A stretch of DNA of 64,000 bases. It comes from Octopus sinensis. Its lineage: Eukaryota. The position numbers were made by a program, and so were the translations under genes. Below, piece by piece: positions 1 through 11,916 of the stretch; position 1 is the first letter of the stretch; the number at the start of each line of letters is the position of its first letter. A model generated the notes under the pieces. That model did not search any database, was not told where the DNA came from, and was given only the letters and a program-made list of their open reading frames with translations. The stretch is taken from NCBI RefSeq assembly GCF_006345805.1, contig NC_043014.1, positions 46,624,001 through 46,688,000 of the forward strand, read 5' to 3'.

Positions 1-547
1 GCTAATATGGCAGTCCAGAAATATAGGACGGATGCTGCCGTTGATTAGCACCAAGAGGCCATCGCCTCTAGCTAGCTATGTGACATATGAACCTGTGTCC
101 ATTATAACCTTTGAATAGGGGAGGTCAGCCACTTCCCCATGCTGGTCAGGCGTTTGCAGACTAGTTTCAGGGTATTTGCTCCTTATCAATTCAGAGCAGC
201 CAAACCAAGCAGGTGTCGCTACTGACAGTCTGTTCGAAGGATTATTTACCTAAATTCAGTGGAATACATCCACTGGTTTTCAAAAATAGAAATATTAAAA
301 TTTCTAAGTCTCTCTAAAGGAAACTACAGCAGCGGTACTGGATATTAATAGTTATCGCCAAGCTAATATGGCAGTCCAGAAATATAGGACGGATGCTGCT
401 GTTGATTAGCTCCAAGAGACCATCGCTTCTAGCTAGCTATGTGACACACTGACCTGTGTCCATTATAACCTTCAAACAGGGGAGGTCAGCCACTTCCCCT
501 TGCTGGTCAAGCATCTACAGACTAGTTTCAGGGTATTTGCCCCTTAT
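1..547. repeat. 361-bp tandem repeat (about 1.5 copies visible, runs off window start)
   Basis: gctaatatggcagtccagaaatatagg starts at 1 and again at 362; similarity continues to about 547 with scattered substitutions. Confidence 0.9.
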
Positions 548-920
548 GGTGAAAAGGTTGTTTGATATAAACTTCACATTTAAGTATCAATTGATGTTAG
601 AAAAGACATCTGACTTGGAAATATAATTACATCGATAATATAAAAAACAAAAAGAAAAAAAGACAACTAAAGAAGAAACTGAAAGAATTGCAGGAACCTC
701 CAAGTTTTTTTTTTTTGCTTTTTTTTGTTGTCATTGTTTTACTTTTGATGTCTTTCATTTGAAATGTTTTTTGCCTCTTAAATGTGTTATTTATTTGTTG
801 CTGTTGTTGCTTTAGAAAATGTTAAGTTTTAAAAAGTAGTCAACCTTCTGTTCTGTCTAATCCCAACTCATCTACATAACCAGAAGACACATACCGATTC
901 CTCTTGGATACTTAGGTTTA

Positions 921-1102
921 TGGAAGCACTCTGTCGGTTACGACGACGAGGGTTCCGGTTGATCCGAATCAACGGAACAGCCTGCTCGTGAAATTAATGT
1001 GTAAGTGGCTGAGCACTCCACAGACACGTGTACCCTTAACGTAGTTCTCGGGGATATTCAGCGTGACACAGAGAGTGACAAGGCCGGCCCTTTGAAATAC
1101 AG
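921..1102 (-). mobile_element. tRNA-derived SINE (family T), 3' part
   Basis: Reverse complement of the 3' half of the full copy at 38381-38760. Confidence 0.85.
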
Positions 1103-1359
1103 GTTTGAAATACTTAGGTTATGACTTCATAAATCGGATCTTTTTTATAGAAAGTTACTGAAGTTCTCTTGAATTGACTTAACCTATTGTTTTGACATAA
1201 TTTTTCGTTAAAAGTTTAATATGGAGAGGCAGTTGAATTACCTTCTTGCAATTAACTAAGAGCACAGATTGGCCACTATTTCTTCTTGGGATACTTGTTG
1301 ACTTTAGTGGCCAGTAACATTTGATAGAGTGATCTGTGGAGGCACAAGTGTCCTATAAA

Positions 1360-1879
1360 AAATAATAAATGCCCCCTTTTAAAGCCTAACCAGGTTCATG
1401 GGCCCGGTTTCTCAGTTTCTATGGCATATGTGTTCCCCAGCTGAACGGGACGCCAGTCCATCTCAGCGTTACTCATTTTTGCCAGCTGAGTCGACTGGAG
1501 TAATGTGAAATGAAGTGTTTTGCTCAAGAACACAACGCATCGCCCGGTCCAGGAATCGAAACCACAATCTTACGATCATGGTGCTGACACCCAAACCACT
1601 AAACCACGTGTCACCACATAAAATAAATGCGCCCTTTTATAAAGCCTAGCCAGGCTCATGGGCCCGGTTTCCCTGTTTCTATGGCGTATGTGTTCCCCAG
1701 CTGGATGGGACGCCAGTCCATTGCAGCATTACTCATTTTTGCCAGCTGAGTCGACTGGAGTAATGTGAAATGAAGTGTTTTGCTCAAGAATACAATGTGT
1801 CACCTGGTCCAGGAATTGAAACCACAATCTTACAATCATGATGCTGACACCCTAACCACTAAGCCACGCACCTCCACAC
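1360..1879 (-). mobile_element. Two head-to-tail tRNA-derived SINE copies (about 260 bp each)
   Basis: On the minus strand each begins with a tRNA-like head (tggaggtgcgtggcttagtggttagg...ggtttcaattcc) and ends in a shared tail; units at about 1360-1618 and 1620-1879. Confidence 0.8.
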
Positions 1880-1884
1880 AAATG

Positions 1885-2710
1885 TCCTACAGGCATAAGT
1901 AACAGTAATGTTTTGTAAATCCTGCTCGCATGTCCATTAACATCCCAGTAACTTTGGGGTCTCCACGGAGATTCCATGGGTGGACATGCTTTTGGATGAT
2001 CACGGATAATGTATCCATTTATATCTTATGGCTTTACTAGGTGAGCAGTGGGTAGTGAGGGTGCCCAGATTTATATTCCCCAGGGGCAGTAAAACTGCTT
2101 CAAGGTTATTTGTGATGAATCAACAAAGAGATGCCAGTCGGATGCTTCACGAGTCTGAAAATCTGAACCAAATTTGTGAAGCGTTCATTGATGTCATTAC
2201 AATACTGCAAGTGGACCAACTACTGTAAAGTGTGTTGCCAAATTTTGCTTTTGATAGAAACTCCCTTGCGCATATTGATTGCTCAAATGACTTCTGTCTT
2301 GAGCAAGAAACACTTCCTTCCCTTTGGACACTGAGAAGTCTCTGACAGAATCCTTCAAATCCTTCAAATTGTTTTCAGCAATATATTCAGTCTCTAAAGT
2401 AGGCTTAGCACCTTTGTTTTATCGTCACTGGGAGCTAGTTCATCATTTAGAGAAAAGGGACAGGCATTCTTTCATAATGTCAAGTCGGTCTTTTTACTGA
2501 GTATGCGTTTGGATAGACAAAGTTTTGTTTGTTCTTTGCTGGAAACCCAGTTCTGTTAATGCTACAAAAATAGCAGCCAATATGAGAATCCTTCTGCTCT
2601 CTCTTTATCAAAGGCCTTGATCAGCTCTCATTGTTCAATCACTCATGTTGTCTACATGATTAGTTGAACAAAATTTTTACATTCATGAGGCATACGGAAT
2701 AAATGGCAAC
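1885..2710 (-). pseudogene. Degraded DNA-transposon transposase relic (probably Chapaev/CMC-like)
   Basis: Minus-strand fragments NLKDLKDSVRDFSVSKGKE, DWHLFVDSSQITLK and GDPKVTGMLMDMRAGFTKHYCYLCL* match in order the motifs LNDLVRDLxLSK, WRLFIDSSKxSLK and GDLKVxxxLxGxQxGxTKxCCFLCxWDSR of a widespread eukaryotic transposase. Stops and frameshifts present. Superfamily assignment is from memory. Confidence 0.7.
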
Positions 2711-2840
2711 AATCTGAGAAAATATTTTGAAAAATATAAAACATTTCACACATAATTAGAAAAAATATAATTAGTCTCATCACAAAAGCTTTATATGTTA
2801 CTGAGAAACTAGAAGCATTTTACTTTAGAAATCACCATTA

Positions 2841-3054
2841 CCCCTTCGGGATTTATACTGGTCATATTGGGCCCAAATATTCTGCTTGTTTCATTTTCGA
2901 ACTGACCAGATCTGGCCTTTCACATCTACCTTACAATGTCAGTTTAAAAATAATCACATCAAACTTCCACAACTGTAAGATAATCTATGATTAATTCAAA
3001 ACAATGTGAATAAATTAGCATTGCATTTGATGGAGTAATCTGAATGCTAAAGGG
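2841..3054. mobile_element. piggyBac-type MITE (degenerate left end)
   Basis: Ends ...gtaatctgaatgctaaaggg|ttaa; internal similarity to the copies at 6809, 10103 and 20621. Confidence 0.7.
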
Positions 3055-3136
3055 TTAAAAATTCTTTCTGTTCTGCTCCAAATTATCTCTGAAGGAATTA
3101 TTTGGTTAATCAGTACAATTTATAAATGGTATTGAG

Positions 3137-3765
3137 CAGTGATTCTCAACCATTTTTCTCCTGTGGACCTCCTCGATTCCGGTTTCACTTAGATGGATCC
3201 TCAACCATTTGATATTTAAAGAATCTTATTGTATTTTTGTAATTAAATATTATTTAATTTTGCTCAGGTTTGTTTCGACCCTTTAGAATTGGAATTTTTG
3301 GAAAGTAAAAATTTCGCATTATGTAGCTTGTTATTCTCTTTAAGTGAACATTTTTCTGGTTGAAATACACAGAAAAATGGCAACACAGCAGTCAAAAAAT
3401 CGTAAAAAATAGGGATTTTCATAGAAAAAAAAAGCACCTTTTTCATGTAAATAATCTTTGGTGTTAACATTGTCTGATTTGAATTTTTTCTTCTACGGGA
3501 GGAAGAACAAGCCTTCTTCTATCATACTCTCAATTTTGGTCAACTTGCACCACAGGGTCTCGGAGAAGATAGTGTTAGTTGAAGGCTACTAAACCTGCCA
3601 TACACAGACAACTTCAGCTTTTATTGAGATTCTACAAAAAAAAAAAATAGTTGTTAAAATGCTTTGTCTTGTAGAAATAAAACCAATTTATTGCAAATAA
3701 ATTTTAATGATAAACTCTGATATGGACCCCTAAGGGTCATGCGGACCCTGGTTTGAGAACCACGG
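3137..3765. mobile_element. hAT-type MITE with nested Helitron-like element
   Basis: Termini cagtgattctcaa / ttgagaaccacgg; 3262-3635 is the reverse complement of the element at 61209-61597. Confidence 0.7.
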
Positions 3766-5409
3766 GTGTAGAACGTTGCATGTTAGTCAGGGATTCAGTA
3801 CAGTATCACACCACTATATAGATGTGTCTCTACAAATTTTGGCTACTTTTTTCTTTTCTTTTTTTTTCTTTTCCCCCTGTAGCTACAATGATTTCGTTTT
3901 TTGCTGTTCATGTATTCAGTTTTGCCTTTTGTTTATAATTTTTTAGTTGTTCTTATTGTAACATGCCGTCAGTATATTTGAGTTTTTGTTCATTTGATGT
4001 TTTTGTTACATTATTTTTTTTTATTGCCCTGCATGGCATGGAGATGTATAATAAGCAAGGTACTTGTCCGTTTGTTAACGTTTTCTTTTTATCCCTTTCG
4101 GGGGGTGACACTCAACTTCTCACACTCTCACTCCTTATTTTTATCCCCTTTTACAGATAGCCTACCTTTTATTCTTTCATACTCTCCTCTCTCTCTCTCT
4201 CTGTAGCTCACTTCACAAAGCGCTTTGAATATTACAATAAATTTTGGTTAAATATTTCAGAGAATGAGGGTGCATAGTTTGTTAGGCTGTGGTGTATATA
4301 TATATAAATTTTTTGTTTTTAGGTTATTTCATTGCCTCAGGTACTTGACTGGATGACTTACCATAGATGGGTTTCCATTCAATATCGTGCACCATTATCT
4401 GGATTCTGACAGGAGGCTTTTTGATGTTTCCTCTTACTGTCAGCCATCCAGATGATTGGTGCTGAGGCAATGATTTGCGGTTGTCACTAGACATTTCACT
4501 AAAGTACAAGTTCTTGTATTTTTCTCTCATTGCATGCTGGTCTAAATTTGCCTCCTCTCTCTCTCCCTCCTTTCTCCCTCTCTCTCCTCTCTCTCTACTT
4601 CATATTCCTCACACAATTCCACGGTTTTCTCTTTTTCTTTACTCCTTCTCTTTGTCTTTGTTCTCTTCAATTTCTCTCTCCTACATAATAGTGCATGTTA
4701 GTTTAAGCTCGCCTCTCTCTCTCTCTTTCTCTCTCCTGTCCATTGTCAACCACTATATAGTCTGTTGCTGTGGCCAGTTTATCAATTTAGACAGGTAATG
4801 GGGAAATTATGAGCAGCTGATGAAGACAGTATGGGAGTGTGGTTTCAAGTATAAACTGTACAAGGGATTGATTGTATAATTGTGCAGCTATGACACCTGG
4901 TAGCAGAACTAAACCCAATAGGTTGGAGTGTTTGCTTAAGGCCCTACCTTGTTACTACTTACTTTTGATTTAAGGGGTTATTTACTTTATATTGAAATGT
5001 CTGCAATGGGCCAAACATTGATTTACTGCTTTTCTGACAATGAGAACGACAAGGGAGTGTCTGTAACTTGTTACAGAACAAACATCACAAGGGACTTAAT
5101 TTGAAGAGCACTGGTAGGCTGATATTTACATACCTTTTCGTTTCATCCTTTTGGGGCCAAGAGGTAGAGGAAAGAGTCTTGGGTAGCTCTTTGCACTTTG
5201 AACTCAAACCCTGCTTCCGGTTGCAAGAGTTGCTAAGAATGATGATGGTAGACTTGGAAAGTTCTTAAGCAAGTGTTTTAGTATCACTTTCATTAGCGGC
5301 ACATGAGCTGACTGGAGAAAATGCAAGTAGGCTTTGCACTTGAATCATCATCACCATCATCATCATTATCTGTCCATCTTCCATGCTGTCATGGGTTGGA
5401 TGATTTGAC

Positions 5410-5852
5410 TGGAGCTGGCAGAAACGTTAGCATGCCGGGCGAAATGCTTAGCAGTATTTCGTCTGCCGTTATGTTCTAAGTTCAAATTTCGCCGAGGTTG
5501 ACTTTGCCTTTCATCCTTTCGGGGTCGATAAATTAAGTACCAGTTACGCACTGGGGTCGATATAATCGACTTAATCCATGTGTCTGTCCTTGTTTGTCCC
5601 CTCTATGTTTAGCCCCTTGTGGGCAACAAAGAAATAAGAAACATTAGCATGCCAGGCAAAATGCTTAGCGGTATTTCGTCTGTCTTTGTGTTCTGAGTTC
5701 AAATTCCGCTGAGGTCGACTTTACCATTCATCCTTTCGGGATTGATTAAATAAGTACCAGTTATGCACTGGTGATCGATGTCATTGACTTAATCCCTTTA
5801 TCTGTCCTTGTTTGTCCCCTCTATGTTTATCCCCCTGTGGGCAATAAAGAAA
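5410..5852 (+). mobile_element. SINE family M, two tandem copies
   Basis: gagctggcagaaacgttagc...gaggtcgactttgcctttcatcctttcggggtcgataaattaagtaccag...ccccttgtgggcaataaagaaat; the same unit occurs more than 15 times in the window. Confidence 0.9.
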
Positions 5853-6808
5853 TATATTATAGATGCTTCAATTACAGCAGCACATATTCAAGTAAAAAAC
5901 GGTTTTAGCACATTGAAGCATGTTAAACATGGGTCATTCTTCAACATAGAGGACCTGGGGTGATTTCTTTTTAAATAAATACATCTCATATACTATCAAA
6001 TATGGTATTTATACACAGGGTAGGATTCAGTACAGTTTCTACCTATCAGGTTCTAATCAGTTCTGGACTGACTAGTGAAGGAGATACTTGTTCAAGGTGC
6101 TGAATAAACATCTGAATAAACATTGCTGGACAGCAAATAGGGACTCGGACATTACATAGAAGATAGTTTTCATTTTTAGCCTCGTATATAGTACGCACTA
6201 GGGATTTTGACCTTTAAATTATTTTGGGGGAAAATGTGAATTATACTCGAGGATTTACAGTACATCTCAGAATGTCCGAGATCTCTGGCACCCACCATGG
6301 GGGGAATCTCACAGCAGACACTACCTCCCCCCTACACATTCCAGTAGACCACCATTTGTATCCTCCCCGCCAGTTCTTGTCTTGCACTTTTAACAATGTG
6401 CGGCAAGAGAGGTAAAACCCACAACGCATCTTAGAATATCCCTGGTGCCACGACAGTTTACTTCTCCAGCTATTTTTTTTTAACCCCTTCACCACACACA
6501 CACACACTCACACTCACACACGCACACGCACACACACACACACACACCACCTCTGATTCTTTTTCTTAACCCTTTCACCCACCAAATCCCCTTTCTCCTT
6601 CCCGTTGCACTGACTCGACCAATTATTGACGCACACACAGATGGTTCTGGAGAGATTTTCATGGTTCGGAGGTCGACATTGTTTTTTGCTTCTTTTGTTT
6701 GTTTGTTTTGGGTTTTTTATGAAATATTTAATTTTTTTTATATATGAATTTTTTTAATTTTAAATTTTATTTCACCTTTTTTTTTTCTATCTTAATCTTA
6801 CCTTTTAA

Positions 6809-7029
6809 CCCTTTGGTGTTCAGATTACTCTATTAAATGTAATACTTTTTCACTCAAATTGTTTTGAATTAATCATGCATTATGTTATATCTTTGAGGTT
6901 TCAATGAAGTGATTATTTATTTTTTAGAATGTCAATGTAGGTTAGGTGTGAGAGGCTAGATATGGCCAGTTTGAATATAAAACATGTAGAATATTTAGGC
7001 CGGATATGGCCAGTTTAAACACTAAAGGG
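6809..7029. mobile_element. piggyBac-type MITE
   Basis: TTAA|ccctttggtgtt ... aacactaaaggg|TTAA: CCC/GGG terminal inverted repeats with TTAA target duplication. Confidence 0.85.
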
Positions 7030-7111
7030 TTAAATCTGATCAGTTTTGTTTGTTACACACACACAAGGCGAAATTATAAATAAAAATAAAGCAAAGTTTA
7101 TCAAAGTTTAT

Positions 7112-7277
7112 AGGTGCAGGAGTGGCTGTGTGGTAAGTAGCTTGTTTACCAACCACATGGTTCCGGGTTCAGTCCCACTGCATGGCACCTTGGGCAAGTG
7201 TGTTCTACTATAGCCTCGGGCCGACCAAAGCCTTGTGAGTGGATTTGGTAGACGGAAACTGAAAGAAGCCCGTCGTA

Positions 7278-7325
<48 letters not shown>

Positions 7326-7530
7326 TGTGTGTATTTGTGTGTGTCCCCCTAGCATTGCTTGACAACCGATGCTGGTGTGTTTATGTCCCCGTTACTTAGC
7401 GGTTCGGCAAAAGAGACCGATAGAATAAGTACTGGGCTTACAAAAGAATAAGTCCCGGGGTCGAGTTGCCCGATTAAAGGCGGTGCTCCAGCATGGCCAC
7501 AGTCAAATGACTGAAACAAGTAAAAGAGTG
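7112..7530 (+). mobile_element. SINE family C (tRNA-like head, CORE-like ccttgggcaagt box, internal AT/GT microsatellite)
   Basis: gcaggagtggctgtgtggtaag...ggttccgggttcagtccc...aatgactgaaacaagtaaaagag. Other copies at about 9165, 27470(-), 33770, 39040(-), 39760, 40380, 42730, 43350(-) and 58420. Confidence 0.9.
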
Positions 7531-7950
7531 TAAAGCTGTTTTTGCATAAAATGTAACTGAATCATTTCGTGATAATAGCACCAATAGCAATCCTTCATTC
7601 TCATTACAGATTCCTGGGTTTTAGTTCTGCATATCAATATTATTGAACCCCTGTCTGTGTGTGTGTGTGTGTGTGTGTATGTGACCTCTTAGTATTGGTT
7701 TATAGTTTTTTAAATTTAGTTTCCAGTTACACATTTGAAGATGGTGGTGGTGGTGGTGGTGGTGGTGGGGGTGGCGGTAGTAGCGGTGATAGTATTAGTA
7801 GTGCTAGAAATAGTTCTTGTTGATATTATAGTTATTTTTATGCCATTAGTCTTATTCTGTGTGCGTACATGCGCGTGTGTGTGTGCATGCACACGCGTGC
7901 AGTAATGCTTCTATTTTTAGAACAATTTTGTCATCAGAAAGCAAAGTATT

Positions 7951-8027
7951 CTAAGTGCTGACATTGATTTTAAGCAACCTGGTGGCACAGCTCGCAACAT
8001 AGGTTACCAAAAAATAGAATATATATA

Positions 8028-8077
<50 letters not shown>

Positions 8078-8161
8078 CATGTGCAAACATATATAAATAT
8101 ATATATATATACATGTGCAAACATATATATATAAATATGTGTGTATATATATATATGTGTG

Positions 8162-8196
<35 letters not shown>

Positions 8197-8197
8197 G

Positions 8198-8228
<31 letters not shown>

Positions 8229-8261
8229 GAATGTGCAAACATATATATAAATATGTGTATA

Positions 8262-8304
<43 letters not shown>

Positions 8305-8375
8305 GTGCAAACACATATATATATATACATGTGCAAACATATATATATATATATATACATGTATGTATGTATATG
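7951..8375. repeat. (AT)n/(ATAC) compound microsatellite
   Basis: Direct inspection; source of several Y/I/H-rich pseudo-ORFs. Confidence 0.95.
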
Positions 8376-9164
8376 TAGCCCTACCCCGCCACACTTAACT
8401 GGATCTCTTGATCATATAACCTTTGGCATTTATTTAATTTTATCCATCTATTCCTTTACCCACCTTCCAGCAGCAGCATCATCATCACCACCACCACCAC
8501 CACCGCTGCCACCACCACCACCACCACCAATAACTAAACATAAGACAAATCCGTAATGAAAGACAAAATTGTTCAGTCGTACAAATTTATTGATTAATAA
8601 AGAGAAGATGAAAATTATTGTTATTATTACTGTGAAAATGAAAAGTGGTGCGAGGGGGGGGAAGGGAATTCGTTGAGCTTATGGGAACATTAAGAAAAAT
8701 ACCTTGTGGTGTTTGTTCTGGCTTTTTTTGTATGTTCCTAGTTCAAATTCTGCTGTGGTCAAGTACTCCTTTTTTTACCCTTTCAGGGTCGATAATCAAG
8801 TACCATTCAAGTACTGGATCGATTCAAGTCGGCAGTTGCTCCCTCCTGTCGTTATATAAGAACGAAAGGAAATGGAGTGTGTATAGGTGTAGATTTGAAG
8901 AACTTTTGCTCCCTTATCTGGGGTAGCTATCAGGATGTCAGCCTCTAACTTGTTCTCCATTCCAGGAGTCTAGAATGTGGAACGTAATGAACCATTTGAC
9001 CCTTTACTCAGAGATTAAGTTATTTAATTTACATGTGAATTATTTACTTTTACCTAATTTGTGTGTGTGTGCATTCAGTGATGGATCAGTTCTATAGCTT
9101 TGTAGCTCTTAGTGAATTCTCTATGAGATTTGACACACTGATCACTAAAGATTGTGATCAGTGG

Positions 9165-9552
9165 TGTAGGAGTGACTGTGTGGTAAGTAGCTTGCTTACC
9201 AACCACATGGTTCCAAGTTCAGTCCCACTGCGTGACACCTTGGGCAAGTGTGTTCTACTATAGCCTTGGGCCGACCAAAGTCTTGTGAGTGGATTTGGTA
9301 GATGGAAACTGAAAGAAACCTGTCGTATATATGTATATATATATATATGTTTGTGTGTCTGTGTTAGTCCCCCCAACATTGCTTGACAACCGATGCTGGT
9401 GTGTTTACGTCCCCGTAACTTAGCGGTTTGGCAAAAGAGACCAATAGAATAAGTACTAGGCTTATAAAGCATAAGTCCTGGGGTCGATTTGCTTGACTCA
9501 AGGTGGTGCTCCAGTATGGCCACAGTCAAATGACTGAAACAAGTAAAAGAGT
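9165..9552 (+). mobile_element. SINE family C copy
   Basis: Colinear with 7112-7530. Confidence 0.9.
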
Positions 9553-10102
9553 GGAGTCTTATCTTAGACCAATGCTTACAAAATATTTCTGAAAAGACAT
9601 ATAACAAATGACATAGTTATTGAATGTTAAATTAATATTTGTAATTTGAAAATAATTTTACTAATTAACGTTCATGTACTAAATTGTTTCTATGAATATC
9701 ATTTTATGAAATTTATTTACAAAAATTACGGAGATGTACTTACATAGCAAGTGACCTGATCTGAGATCGTGTACTGGAACGAAAACAATTGCAGCGTGGA
9801 AGGTGTTTATTTTGTCAGTGAACAGGTCGCGGTCTCAAAGCGACAAAAATATTTTGGCAAATTAAAATTTAAACACCTTCCACGCTGCAATTATTTACAA
9901 AAATATCTTCATTATTTTGTTAAGAATTGTAGAAAGTATTTCTGTTTTCTTGCATAGCTTGGGGTTTTTGTAGTAAATCTTTGCTCTGTAGATTTAGCCC
10001 CATTTACAATTGGTAAGCAATTTTGTGGGTATGTGGGCCCTCCTTCACCATATGAGCTGATGACTTTGCTGTATTTTTACTGCTTCCACTAGAGTCTCTT
10101 AA

Positions 10103-11161
10103 CCCTTTAGCATTTAAACCCGCCATATGTAACCCAAATATTTTACCTGTTCAAACCAGCCAGATCCAGCCTCTCACACCTACCTTACAATGTCGTTCTA
10201 TAAATAAACAATCACATTGTCAAAATCTTGAAGCAATGAGATAATGCATGATTCATCATCATAACCGTTTAACGTCCACCCTCCATGCTAGCATGTTGTG
10301 GGACGGTTCCACAAGAGCTGGCCAACCCAAAGCCTGCACCAGACTTCTGTGACTGTTCTGGCAGGATTTCTACAGCTGGATGCCCTTCCTAACACAAACT
10401 ACTCAGCAGAGTGGACTTGGTGCTTTTTTCATGATACATGCACAGGCGAGGTGAGAAATACTTTTTACATGGCACTAGCACAGGTGAGATCAGTTTTGGC
10501 AAGGTTTTTACACCTGGATGCCCTTCCTAACACCAACCACTTTACAGAGTGGACTGGGTGCTTTTTTCATGGCACAAACACAGGCAAGGTGAGAAGTGCT
10601 TTTTACATGGCACTAGCACAGGTGAGATCAGTTTTGGCAAGGTTTTTACACCTGGATGCCCTTCCTAACACCAACCACTTTACAGAGTGGACTGGGTGCT
10701 TTTTTCATGGCACAAACACAGGCAAGGTGAGAAGTGCTTTTTACATGGCACAAGCACAGGTGAGATCAGTTTTGGCAAGGTTTTTACACCTGGATGCCCT
10801 TCCTAACACCAACCACTTTACAGAGTGGACTGGGTGCTTTTTTCATGGCACAAACACAGGCAAGGTGAGAAGTGCTTTTTACATGGCACAAGCACAGGTG
10901 AGGTCAGTTTTGGCAAGGTTTTTACACCTGGATGCCCTTCCTAACACCAACCACTTTACAGTGTGGACTGGGTGCTTTTAAGTGGCACCTGCACTGACAG
11001 GGTCACCAAGTACTTGCAAGACAAGAAAAAAAAAACTTTCAAAATAATGTGAATAATAAATAGGAATTCCTCCTCCTCCCCATCATCATCGTTTAACGTC
11101 CGTTTTCCATGCTAGCATGGGTTGGAATTGTATTTGATAAAGTAATCTGAATGCTAAAGGG
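10103..11161. mobile_element. piggyBac-type MITE interrupted by an RTE 3'-tail-derived insertion
   Basis: TTAA|ccctttagcattt at 10103 and atgctaaaggg|ttga at 11161, with an insert of about 850 bp between. Confidence 0.8.
10345..10985. repeat. 138-bp tandem array (about 4.5 copies) derived from an RTE 3' UTR
   Basis: ggtgagatcag at 10483, 10621 and 10759, ggtgaggtcag at 10897. The unit contains ctggatgcccttcctaac, the reverse complement of the tail motif at about 30080-30100. Confidence 0.9.
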
Positions 11162-11546
11162 TTGAGATATATGTGTTAGCCTCGAAAACATTGTTGAAAT
11201 AAAGATTTTTTAAAAAATAAACAAAAGACTTAAGATGTCAAATAGATTTCATACCTATTTTTTAAACTACTAATAAAAGTATTACTTAAACATACCGTGA
11301 AATGGTCCTTTTTCATACCGAATTCTACTTGGTGAAATTATTAATTACTTCTTAATTAATTAATTTTACCCTTTGTTATTGTTTTTTAAACTATTTATCA
11401 TGACTGCATCAAATATTTGTAATGCCTTTTTTTTTACTGAAACTCTTGTTTGATAAATGACTTATCTCTCTTTTTTTTCTTTTTCTTTTTCTTTTCTTTT
11501 TCTCACCTTCTCTCTTCTCTCCGTCGTTGCCGTTCCGGACTTCCAG

Positions 11547-11814
11547 CATCGCAGGCCTCTATGTTTCTTTTATTCTGTTGATTGCACGCTTCCTTCGCAT
11601 GGGAACCATCAACATGCATCCGTCAATAATGTACCGTGAACTGCCGTTTGTTGACCGAATCCTCAAGCTGAGCCTCGACATTTACCTTGTGCGTGAGATG
11701 CATGAGTTCCGTCTGGAAGAAGATCTCTATGCCAAACTCATTTTCCTCTATCGATCACCAGAAACACTCATTAAGTGGACCCGACGTCGAATCGAAAGCA
11801 AAAAGGACAACTAG
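11547..11814 (+). CDS. Piezo: Piezo channel terminal coding exon A (inner helix + intracellular C-terminal domain)
   Basis: Acceptor ttccag|C after a long pyrimidine tract; phase 2, as expected for the G|I junction of Piezo last exons. Translation (G)IAGLYVSFILLIARFLRMGTINMHPSIMYRELPFVDRILKLSLDIYLVREMHEFRLEEDLYAKLIFLYRSPETLIKWTRRRIESKKDN* aligns without gaps to the PIEZO1/2 C-terminus (GLYVS...ELPxVDRILKL..DIxLVRE...LEEELYAKLIFLYRSPETMIKWT). Confidence 0.96.
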
Positions 11815-11847
11815 CTTTATTGATATAACTGCTCTTATTATTATTAC

Positions 11848-11884
<37 letters not shown>

Positions 11885-11916
11885 TATTATTATTATTAGT
11901 AGTAGTATTATTATCG

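Noticed and set aside
4324-4530. Minus-strand exon-like ORF (...SGWLTVRG...EWKPIY|gtaagt)
   Set aside because: Good donor, but no recognisable homology or partner exons.
6224-6415. ORF ending at a phase-2 donor (GAGAG|gtaaaa), considered as the penultimate Piezo exon
   Set aside because: It lacks the cap-domain WW and the ...FxxKV...GYG ending, and has no good acceptor; resemblance is superficial.
8478-8556. Poly-Pro stretch after an acceptor-like cttccag
   Set aside because: (CAC/CAT)n microsatellite; low complexity only.
10298-10981. 227-aa ORF with 46-aa repeats
   Set aside because: It is the translation of a 138-bp array derived from a retroelement UTR, nested in a MITE; no splice or expression evidence.
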